A DNA stretch of 12,158 nucleotides. It comes from an uncultured Gammaproteobacteria bacterium. GTDB lineage: Bacteria > Patescibacteriota > Microgenomatia > Daviesbacterales > UBA10151. Under the pieces are notes generated by a model. It was not told the origin of the DNA, did not search any database, and worked only from the letters and a program-made list of their open reading frames with translations. The stretch spans positions 6,751-18,908 of the forward strand of contig CAZFVS010000010.1 in assembly GCA_964522265.1 (NCBI GenBank), in the 5' to 3' direction. This document shows, piece by piece, positions 5,669 to 12,001 of the stretch. The position numbers and the translations under genes were made by a program. Position 1 is the first letter of the stretch; each line of letters begins with the position of its first letter.

Positions 5669-6748
5669 AAAATGGATCTCAAAGTGAAGATGTGTCCCGG
5701 TGGAACGGCCGGTTGAACCCATCTGCCCAATAGTCTGGCCTCTGGATACCTGTTGGCCGACAGAAACATAAATATTAGAAAGGTGGGCATAAAGGGTCTT
5801 ATAGCCATTCTCATGATCTATAACCACCCTATTGCCATAACCATAATTATCAGGCCACCCGGCAACCACGACAGTCCCCCCGTCTGCAGCCAGGATAGGA
5901 GGAGCTGATCGGTTGGGCAGATCTATTCCGGGATGATACCATGAAAAATATTGGGAGATACCTTGAGAAACAGCCGGCCAAATAAAGTTACCGCCTCCCG
6001 GTGCACTGAATTGGGCAGAAGGACCCTGGGGTTGGGGTTTTGGTTTGGGTGCAACTTTTATTTCGGGAGGACTACCATCAGGAATAATAAGAACCTGACC
6101 AGTTTTTAATTTAAAATCATCAGGTATATCATTAAATGGATAGTCCAAAATGGCCTGTGAGGCTGCAGAATATTTTTTAGCAACAGATTCCAAGGTATCT
6201 CCGTCTTTAACTGTCAGAGCCACTCCTGATACAGGCAATATCTTTAAAACCTGGCCTGGTTTTATACTATGGATGGAATCCAAATTGTTAGCCCATTTGA
6301 TAGTATCTAAAGATATCTTAAATTTTTCTGCCAATTGAGAAAGCGTTTCACCGTTTTTAACTTCATATTCTATGATCTCCGAACGGGGTTTAGAGGAAAC
6401 ATCAGTATGAAAATCAACGAAAGAATCCAGACTTACCCCTGAGGCATTTGGATCAAAGGTTTCAATAATCCTAGGGTCTGGACCACCAACTCCCGGCAAA
6501 GAGGAAGCTACCAAGGAATTACCGCCTAATACCCCTGAGGTTAAAACTCCAACCGAAGCGAGTCCTACCATCGAGGTATGCCAAACGTGTTTTTGAAACT
6601 TCCCTCTCCTATGCATTAATAACTCAACTGAAAGATTTTTGAACCGTTCAAAATGTATACCAAATGAACGGGTTTTTCTGGATTGGTAGACTACCAAAAA
6701 CTTCAATAGTGAAGCTAAATCATCTTTAGCAGAGTTCATTAGGGTCAA
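5630..6748 (-). CDS. LysM-domain M23-family (LytM/lysostaphin-type) peptidoglycan metalloendopeptidase
   Basis: 372-aa ORF with one TM/signal-anchor (VGLASVGVLTSGVLGG). There are two LysM-like repeats (YEVKNGETLSQLAEKFKISLDTIKWANNL...PGQVLKILP and LTVKDGDTLESVAKKYSAS...TGQVLIIP) and a proline-rich linker (PKPKPQPQGP). The M23 catalytic motifs are HPGID (HxxxD) and THLHFEI (HxH). The ORF-track start is TTG 6748. The in-frame ATG at 6739-6737 (MNSAKDD...) is the more likely start. Confidence 0.88.
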   Translation of the reverse strand: MTLMNSAKDDLASLLKFLVVYQSRKTRSFGIHFERFKNLSVELLMHRRGKFQKHVWHTSMVGLASVGVLTSGVLGGNSLVASSLPGVGGPDPRIIETFDPNASGVSLDSFVDFHTDVSSKPRSEIIEYEVKNGETLSQLAEKFKISLDTIKWANNLDSIHSIKPGQVLKILPVSGVALTVKDGDTLESVAKKYSAASQAILDYPFNDIPDDFKLKTGQVLIIPDGSPPEIKVAPKPKPQPQGPSAQFSAPGGGNFIWPAVSQGISQYFSWYHPGIDLPNRSAPPILAADGGTVVVAGWPDNYGYGNRVVIDHENGYKTLYAHLSNIYVSVGQQVSRGQTIGQMGSTGRSTGTHLHFEIHFKGVAVNPLAILK

Positions 6749-6808
6749 AAGCCATTGTAACAGAGAAGGTCAATGGGATGTCAACTTGACAAGAGGTGGT
6801 AAAGGAAG

Positions 6809-8200
6809 TTATTTAACGTCTTTTAAAGAATTTAGGAATTCTTCGTTATCCGCAGTTTTCTCAAGCCTTTCCAAAAATACCGCTGTCCTTTCTTCCCCAT
6901 TTAGGATTCCCAGCATCCTTCTCATCACAATTATCTTTTTATATGTATCCTCTTTAAAAAGCAGCTGCTCTTGCCTGGTCGACGAGGCTTCAATATCAAT
7001 TGCGGGGTATATCCTTCTCTCTGCCAAACGGCGGTCAAGATGAAGCTCCATATCTCCGGTACCTTTGAATTCTTCATAAATCAGGTCATCCATCCTCGAC
7101 CCTGTATCAACCAGGGCAGTGCCGATTATCGTAAGTGACCCTCCCTCCTCACAATTTCTGGCTGCACCGAAGAAATGCTTGGGAGGGTAAAGCGCCACAG
7201 GATCAAAACCACCGGATAGAGTTCTGCCTGAAGGGGGTACAACTAAATTGTAAGCCCTGCCCAGCCTGGTAACAGAATCAAGCAAGATTATCACATCCTT
7301 GCCTTCCTCAACCAACCGCTTAGCTCGCTCCAAAGCGATCTCTGCAGCCCTGGTCTGGTTTTCTGCCGGCTCATCAAAATTGGAGGCGATCACATCACCT
7401 TTAATGGAGCGGGAGATATCCGTCACCTCTTCAGGCCGCTCTCCAACCAAAACTGCCATTAAAACCGCCTCCGGATGATTCTTAGCAATCCCGGCTGCTA
7501 TATCCTTTAAGATAGTTGTTTTGCCGGCTTTTGGGGGAGAAACAATTAAACCGCGCTGACCAAAACCGATCGGAGCAATCAAGTCTATTACGCGCTGGGA
7601 TGAGGGTTGCTTGCCTGTTTCAAGCTTAATGTGTCTGTTAGGATAGATCGCTATTAAATCTTCGAACTTCACCCTTTTGATGCGTGTACCTGCCTCGGAG
7701 ACCATTTTTTCGGCGTCTTTACCGTTAACTTTATCCACCTGTAAGAGCCCAAAATAACGTTCGTTTTCCTTCGGCTGCCTTGCCCCGCCTTCCACAAAAT
7801 CCCCCGGACGTAAATTGAAACGCCTAATTTGGCTTGCAGAGATATAAACATCCCTATCGCTTGGTGTATATTTCGGTCTTAAGAACCCATGCCCTTCCGG
7901 CATAATATCCAGATATCCTGCAACCTGTTCTGTGGGAACATCACGGGGAGAATATTCACGCTCAAAACCGTTTGAGCGGTACCCATTTCTGTATGAGTTA
8001 TTTCGGAATGACTCAGAAGTACTCGGAAAGTCAGAAGATTCAACACTTTTGGTTGTCTGATTATCTGACTCACTGCTACTCTGGCTTGCTGAGTTGTTCT
8101 GACCTCCGAAGCCCACTACATCCTCAACTGACAACTTCTTAGTCTTATCATCTGAGGTATCTGTAACAATTTTAGGCTTAAATGAACGTGTATTCGCCAT
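6809..8200 (-). CDS. rho: Transcription termination factor Rho with low-complexity N-terminal extension
   Basis: 463-aa ORF. The OB/CSD-like RNA-binding region is [14 protein letters not shown]...[22 protein letters not shown]...[12 protein letters not shown]. Walker A is PPKAGKTT, and the RecA-type core includes [14 protein letters not shown]. The C-terminal signature is [23 protein letters not shown] start, TAA stop. Confidence 0.95.
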   Translation of the reverse strand: MANTRSFKPKIVTDTSDDKTKKLSVEDVVGFGGQNNSASQSSSESDNQTTKSVESSDFPSTSESFRNNSYRNGYRSNGFEREYSPRDVPTEQVAGYLDIMPEGHGFLRPKYTPSDRDVYISASQIRRFNLRPGDFVEGGARQPKENERYFGLLQVDKVNGKDAEKMVSEAGTRIKRVKFEDLIAIYPNRHIKLETGKQPSSQRVIDLIAPIGFGQRGLIVSPPKAGKTTILKDIAAGIAKNHPEAVLMAVLVGERPEEVTDISRSIKGDVIASNFDEPAENQTRAAEIALERAKRLVEEGKDVIILLDSVTRLGRAYNLVVPPSGRTLSGGFDPVALYPPKHFFGAARNCEEGGSLTIIGTALVDTGSRMDDLIYEEFKGTGDMELHLDRRLAERRIYPAIDIEASSTRQEQLLFKEDTYKKIIVMRRMLGILNGEERTAVFLERLEKTADNEEFLNSLKDVK

Positions 8201-8289
8201 AAAGTGAAAGATTAAATTTCATTAGGGATAGAGGTCTATTTATTTAATAATATATTTGGAAAAGACAAATTTGAGTATCTAACTATTAT

Positions 8290-8318
8290 ATTAGAACACA
8301 AATTCAATACTATGTCAA
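8290..8318 (-). promoter_or_regulatory. Candidate sigma70-type promoter for rho
   Basis: The reverse strand reads TTGACA (8318-8313), a 17-nt spacer, then TCTAAT (8295-8290). The predicted TSS is near 8283, giving an AT-rich 5' UTR of about 80 nt before the rho ATG at 8200. Confidence 0.4.
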
Positions 8319-8346
8319 GATGACAACTCATGTACTAATTCAGATT

Positions 8347-8540
8347 GGAGACTTGACCCTGCCCTGCTCCGGCGCAGCCGGAGGGTGTAATGTCAAATCT
8401 CCTCCCGCTGTTAGGGACCAATATCGGGGACTTGTCCCTGCCCTAGACAAACCCCCGATACTGATCCATAATCCCTCAAAACTGAGGACTTGACCCTTCA
8501 GCAAGTTCAGGGTCTTGTCCTCAAAACTGAGGACTTGACA
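8347..8540. repeat. Cluster of GGRGACTTGWC(CCT) repeats arranged as three long imperfect hairpins plus a 21-bp direct repeat
   Basis: Direct motif copies start at 8347 (GGAGACTTGACCCTGCCCT), 8426 (GGGGACTTGTCCCTGCCCT, 17/19 identical to the first), 8484 and 8529 (GAGGACTTGAC). Inverted partners lie at 8392-8402, 8446-8456 and 8509-8522. Hairpin A pairs 8347-8357 with 8392-8402 and has an inner 7-bp stem CTCCGGC/GCCGGAG (8367-8383). Hairpin B pairs 8422-8429 with 8453-8460, plus TTGTC/GACAA. Hairpin C is GAGGAC-TT-GACCCT / AGGGTC-TT-GTCCTC (8484-8522). CCTCAAAACTGAGGACTTGAC occurs twice (8474-8494 and 8519-8539). The region is locally GC-rich compared with its flanks. Confidence 0.8.
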
Positions 8541-8564
8541 AAAAAGCAGTTTTATGAATATTCT

Positions 8565-8666
8565 ATTATTTAGAGAATAACTTCTAACTGCTCTTGAGGT
8601 TATTTTCGTAATTAACGAAAGAGCATTGCTATTCGAGTCCGTCTGCGGTAGTAATGCTCTTTTTTT
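8565..8666 (+). ncRNA. Candidate small RNA of about 100 nt (family unknown)
   Basis: A perfect -35 TTGACA (8535-8540) is followed after 18 nt by TATTCT (8559-8564), placing the TSS near 8570. Three predicted hairpins follow. The first is AGAAUAACUUC/GAGGUUAUUUU (about 8573-8605, with two G-U pairs). The second is UUUCGU-AAUUA-ACGAAA (8604-8620). The third is the terminator hairpin. No ORF is present, and no plus-strand CDS lies upstream that the terminator could serve. Confidence 0.35.
8620..8666 (+). terminator. Intrinsic (Rho-independent) terminator, plus-strand orientation
   Basis: AGAGCATTGCTA (8620-8631) pairs with TAGTAATGCTCT (8649-8660), giving 12 bp with one G-U. The inner pairing is CCG/CGG. 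A run of seven Ts (8660-8666) follows immediately. The opposite orientation has no comparable U-tract. Confidence 0.65.
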
Positions 8667-9059
8667 GTGCTTTTAAAGAACTCTTAGGGCAATTGTTGTT
8701 AATTCCTGACCATTAAAATTAGCCTTTGGTCAGTATCTGACAAAATTTTTCTCACATGACTCCCCATTGGATCTTGATTATCTGTATATACTCTTTTTTT
8801 CACCACTGTACCCAATTTAAATCTGGTGTTTAATCTAAAATTAATCATTCTAGAAGAAGATAGCATATTGAAAACTATTTGTCAAGATTTATAAATCCCA
8901 TAGCAAAAAGTATTCGGAATTATGGGCATCCTAGAGTTTATTTTCGGGGATATCGTACTAGTTTTAGCTTGATTGGACAACCTAATTGTGATCCTACTTT
9001 AAACTTTTGCACAGAAACAAAGGGGTGTGGATAACTTATAATCGTACTTGATCTAAAAG

Positions 9060-9890
9060 GTGAAAAAGGTTATAAAAGTGCCAATGGAAAAAACTTTAAT
9101 CTCTATCATCGTACCGGCTTACAAACAAGAGAAAACTATTGCTCGAAACCTCCGCAGAATCAAAAGTGTCTTGGATAAACTCAGATATAAAACAGAACTA
9201 ATCTGTGTCGTCGACGGGTTTGCGGATAAAACATTAGCAAAATCGGCTGAATTTGCCAAAAAAAACAAAAACATTAAAGTGATCGGCTATGAAACAAACA
9301 GGGGCAAGGGCTATGCGGTACGTTTCGGCATGGCTAAAGCCAAAGGTAACATCATAGCTTTCATCGATTCCGGAATGGATTTAAACCCTAATGGTTTGTC
9401 AATGCTCCTGGAGCATTTTGAATGGTACGGGGCTGATATCATTGCGGGGTCAAAAAGACATCCTGCTTCAAAAGTGACTTATCCCTGGCAAAGAAAGATA
9501 CTTTCCGTGGGATATCAAATTTTAGTCGCCGTCTTATTCGGATTAAAAATCCGGGATACCCAAGTAGGTATGAAGTTTTTCAGGAAGGAGGTTTTGGAAA
9601 AAGTACTGCCCCGCTTACTTGTAAAAACCTACGCTTTTGATATTGAAATACTGGCTGTTGCAAATTATATCGGTTTTAAAAGGATTTTTGAGGCTCCGGT
9701 GGAGATCAAACTGGAGTTTGGCAATACCTCAGCGGTTACCGGCAAAAACTTTTATATAACAATCTTCAGGATACTCTGGGATACTTTAGCGGTTTTTTAC
9801 AGGTTGAAGCTCATGCATTATTATTCTGATAAAAATCACCGGCGCTGGGTGTTTGACCCGGAGCTTAACTTTAGGGTAAATATAGGGTAA
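9060..9890 (+). CDS. GT2-family (GT-A fold) glycosyltransferase, DPM1/polyprenol-phosphate glycosyltransferase-like
   Basis: 276-aa ORF. The N-terminus ISIIVPAYKQEKTI, plus CVVDGFADKT and IIAFIDSGMDL, give the typical GT2 nucleotide-sugar-binding layout. The ORF-track start is GTG 9060. The ATG at 9084 (MEKTLISIIVPAY) is an equally plausible start. A perfect TATAAT lies at 9037-9042. Confidence 0.8.
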   Translation: MKKVIKVPMEKTLISIIVPAYKQEKTIARNLRRIKSVLDKLRYKTELICVVDGFADKTLAKSAEFAKKNKNIKVIGYETNRGKGYAVRFGMAKAKGNIIAFIDSGMDLNPNGLSMLLEHFEWYGADIIAGSKRHPASKVTYPWQRKILSVGYQILVAVLFGLKIRDTQVGMKFFRKEVLEKVLPRLLVKTYAFDIEILAVANYIGFKRIFEAPVEIKLEFGNTSAVTGKNFYITIFRILWDTLAVFYRLKLMHYYSDKNHRRWVFDPELNFRVNIG

Positions 9891-10000
9891 TCGGACTGAG
9901 CGAGAAATGATTAAGATTAATATTCAATCATTTCGAGCGAGGGAGATCGCTTGCAAATTGCGAAGCAATTTGACAAGGGCAAAGTAAAGCTTCTGTAATT

Positions 10001-11119
10001 ATGAACATATTAATCCTTTCCTGGCGCGACCCTAAACACCCTTTAGCAGGAGGTGCAGAACAGGTTACCCATGAACACGCCAAAGGCTGGGTAACTGCAG
10101 GCCATAAAGTATACCTTTTTGCCTCCAGATTCAAAGGCGCTGCAAAAGAGGAAATGCTCGACGGGGTCAATATTTTAAGAAGCGGGCACGAGTATCTGGG
10201 AGTACAGATAGCTGCCTGTTTTTACTATTTAAGAAATCAGTCTAAATTTGATCTGGTGTTTGATCAATTTCATGGCCTGCCGTTTTTTACCCCTCTTTAC
10301 GTCCAAAAAACCAAGATCGCCGGTATTTATGAAACGGCCAATAAAGTCTGGTTTTTAAACCATTTACACTGGCCTCTGAATATTATCATTGGCGGCTTAG
10401 GCTATTTATTGGAACCGATTATTTTTTTATTTTATAAGAATATTTTCTTTGTGGTGGTATCTGCATCAACCAAACTGGAGATCGAAAAAATGGGTATATC
10501 TGCAAATTTTATCAAAATTGTCCCCGCGGGCATCATCACAGCAAAATCCAAAAATTCCCTTAAGAAAACTCCTACTCATACTCTTGTCTATCTTGGGACA
10601 TTATCTAAAGACAAGGGCATTGAAGATGCACTCAGGTGTTTCTATTTTTTAACACTGCTTGGCAGCTACCGTTTCTGGATAATTGGAAAGTCCCAGACAA
10701 AAGCTTACGGATGGGCTGTGCGAAAAATGGCTGGAAAATTAGGGATTTTGAAAAAAACAAGATTTTTCGGTTATGTTTCTGACCGGAAAAAATTCCAGCT
10801 TCTTTCGCGGGCACACCTGCTTATTAACCCATCTGCCAGGGAAGGCTGGGGGCTGGTCAATATTGAAGCTAACAGCGTCAGGACGCCTATTGTAGCATAC
10901 AGATCTCCTGGACTGGTCGATTCTGTCAAAGATGGGATAAGCGGAATACTTTGTCAACAAAATACACCTCTTGAACTTGCAAATAATGTTCTCAATTTAC
11001 TAAATGACCGAAAAAAATACAGCAGGCTTCAAAAAGGGGCTTTAGCATGGAGTAAAAAATTCACATGGGAAAGGTCAAAAAAAATGAGCTTGAAGTTAAT
11101 TGAAAAAAATGCCGCTTAA
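10001..11119 (+). CDS. GT4-family (GT-B fold) glycosyltransferase
   Basis: 372-aa ORF. The N-terminus MNILILSWRDPKHPLAGGAE and the C-terminal EGWGLVNIEANSVRTPIVAYRSPGLVDSVKDGISGIL (EX7E-type motif) are characteristic of retaining GT4 enzymes. Confidence 0.85.
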   Translation: MNILILSWRDPKHPLAGGAEQVTHEHAKGWVTAGHKVYLFASRFKGAAKEEMLDGVNILRSGHEYLGVQIAACFYYLRNQSKFDLVFDQFHGLPFFTPLYVQKTKIAGIYETANKVWFLNHLHWPLNIIIGGLGYLLEPIIFLFYKNIFFVVVSASTKLEIEKMGISANFIKIVPAGIITAKSKNSLKKTPTHTLVYLGTLSKDKGIEDALRCFYFLTLLGSYRFWIIGKSQTKAYGWAVRKMAGKLGILKKTRFFGYVSDRKKFQLLSRAHLLINPSAREGWGLVNIEANSVRTPIVAYRSPGLVDSVKDGISGILCQQNTPLELANNVLNLLNDRKKYSRLQKGALAWSKKFTWERSKKMSLKLIEKNAA

Positions 11120-11129
11120 TTTGTATAAT
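11100..11129 (+). promoter_or_regulatory. Candidate internal promoter giving a (near-)leaderless mRNA for the second GT2 gene
   Basis: TTGAAA (11100-11105), an 18-nt spacer, TATAAT (11124-11129), 8 nt, then ATG (11138). There is no SD. The -35 element lies inside the 3' end of the GT4 gene. Confidence 0.35.
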
Positions 11130-11137
11130 CCAAACTA

Positions 11138-11998
11138 ATGCATTATCCTTTTGTCTCTGTTATTATCCCCACCAAAAATGAAGAAAAAAATATTGTCCGA
11201 TGTCTAAAATCTGTCAAAAAGCAAAAATATCCGGGCAGGATTGAGATTATCGTTATTGATAATTTTTCAGCAGACCAAACAGTTAAACTTGCAAAAAAAT
11301 ATACTATGAAAGTCTTTCTAAAAGGCCCTGAACGCTCAACTCAGCGTAATTTTGGTGCTCAAAAAGCTAAAGGCAAATATCTGTTATTTATTGACGCAGA
11401 CATGGAGATTAAACCCAATACTATCTCAAGTTGTCTTTCTTTCTACCAACCACCAATCACCCTGCCTGTCCTGACTGCCGTCAGGCAAGACAACCACCAA
11501 CCACCAATCCTTGCTCTCAAAGAACACTCTGTAGGCCATACTTTCTGGAGTAAGGCTTTAGCACTCGAGCGTAACTGCTATCATGATGCAACCTGGCTTT
11601 TGGGTGCCAGGTTTTTCCCAAAGAAGGATTTTTTGAAAATTGGCGGTTATGACCCAAAACTTATTGCAGCAGAGGATTGGGATTTAACCTTACGATTTGC
11701 CAAAGCAGGTTACTCTACCCAAATCTCCCTCATCTCCCTCATCACCCATCATGAATCCAAAGATTCTCTTTCAAAACTGCTGCAGAAAGAGCTCTATTAT
11801 ATTAAAGACATAAAGCACTACCAGAAAAAACACCCAAAAGCCTTTTTTTATCAAAGTAATATTTCATACAGAGTATTCCTCTGGCTGAAAAACTGGCGCA
11901 CTTTGATCCAGCACCCTATTTTAACTTTGGCATTTTTAAGTTATAAATTTACAGTGTGGGTTTTATGGCGGATTTTTATGTTATGCTCTAAGAAATAA
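11138..11998 (+). CDS. GT2-family glycosyltransferase with C-terminal membrane-associated segment
   Basis: 286-aa ORF with VSVIIPTKNEEKNI, IVIDNFSADQT, the DxD motif in LLFIDADMEI, and AEDWDL. The C-terminus is hydrophobic (ILTLAFLSYKFTVWVLWRIFML). It contains the 51-bp in-frame insertion listed as a separate feature. Confidence 0.85.
   Translation: MHYPFVSVIIPTKNEEKNIVRCLKSVKKQKYPGRIEIIVIDNFSADQTVKLAKKYTMKVFLKGPERSTQRNFGAQKAKGKYLLFIDADMEIKPNTISSCLSFYQPPITLPVLTAVRQDNHQPPILALKEHSVGHTFWSKALALERNCYHDATWLLGARFFPKKDFLKIGGYDPKLIAAEDWDLTLRFAKAGYSTQISLISLITHHESKDSLSKLLQKELYYIKDIKHYQKKHPKAFFYQSNISYRVFLWLKNWRTLIQHPILTLAFLSYKFTVWVLWRIFMLCSKK
11445..11509 (+). repeat. 14-bp direct repeats (ACCAACCACCAATC) spaced 51 bp apart inside the GT2 CDS, enclosing a GC-rich hairpin
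   Basis: The repeat copies are at 11445-11458 and 11496-11509. Between them, CCTGAC-TGCC-GTCAGG forms a 6-bp stem. The segment encodes YQPPI[TLPVLTAVRQDNHQPPI]LALKE. Confidence 0.85.
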
Positions 11999-12001
11999 AT
12001 T

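Noticed and set aside
5525-5672. Diversity-generating retroelement (template/variable repeat pair) as the explanation for the duplicated M23 C-terminus
   Set aside because: The mismatches are not adenine-specific; they include C/T, A/T and A/G changes in both directions. They are all synonymous, the opposite of DGR-driven diversification. No reverse transcriptase is in the window, and the repeat is only 46 nt.
6749-6808. Promoter for the M23 gene (reverse strand TTGACA-19-TACAAT, then 5 nt to TTG or 14 nt to ATG)
   Set aside because: The 19-nt spacer is suboptimal. The geometry fits neither start codon cleanly, and the gene may simply be co-transcribed with rho. It is too ambiguous to list as a feature.
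5234-8073. Other overlapping ORF-track entries: 5234..5536 (+), 6150..6338 (+), 6786..7043 (+), 7669..7851 (-), 7879..8073 (-)
   Set aside because: Each is nested within or antisense to a well-supported CDS (hydrolase, M23 peptidase, rho) and lacks motifs or start signals.
8347-8540. CRISPR array, or known RNAs (RNase P, tmRNA, SRP/4.5S, 6S) as the identity of the repeat/hairpin cluster
   Set aside because: The repeats are irregularly spaced (79, 58 and 45 nt) and partly inverted, so they are not CRISPR-like. I could not find GAGGAAAGTCC (RNase P P4), a tRNA-like GGGG...CCACCA frame with a tag ORF (tmRNA), or the GGAA-capped SRP domain IV motif. This is by-eye matching only; a covariance-model scan is still needed.
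8756-8972. Tiny plus-strand ORFs in the long intergenic region (25 aa at 8756-8833; 16 aa at 8922-8972)
   Set aside because: They have no SD or promoter context, their hydrophobic composition is as expected from T-rich DNA, and there is no way to support them from sequence alone.
9026-9034. Perfect DnaA box TGTGGATAA as evidence for oriC
   Set aside because: It is a single perfect 9-mer. By rough expectation, about 0.1 chance occurrences would be found in a two-strand scan of 12 kb. Neighbouring candidates match only 6/9. It is retained only as a weak supporting note in the strand-switch finding.
9895-9966. 9-bp-stem hairpin GAAATGATT/AATCATTTC (9904-9934) flanked by direct GAGCGAG repeats, followed by the near-palindrome GCTTGCAAATTGCGAAGC, between the GT2 and GT4 genes
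   Set aside because: It is really present in the sequence. However, it has no U-tract, so it is not a canonical terminator. It is short, and I cannot tie it to any known element or to a properly spaced promoter. The nearby TTGACA-19-TGTAAT would start transcription inside the GT4 ORF.
9928-10960. ORFs 9928..10170 (-), 10449..10652 (+), 10632..10814 (-), 10739..10960 (-) within the GT4 gene
   Set aside because: They are alternative-frame or antisense ORFs inside a confidently identified GT4 CDS, with no independent support.
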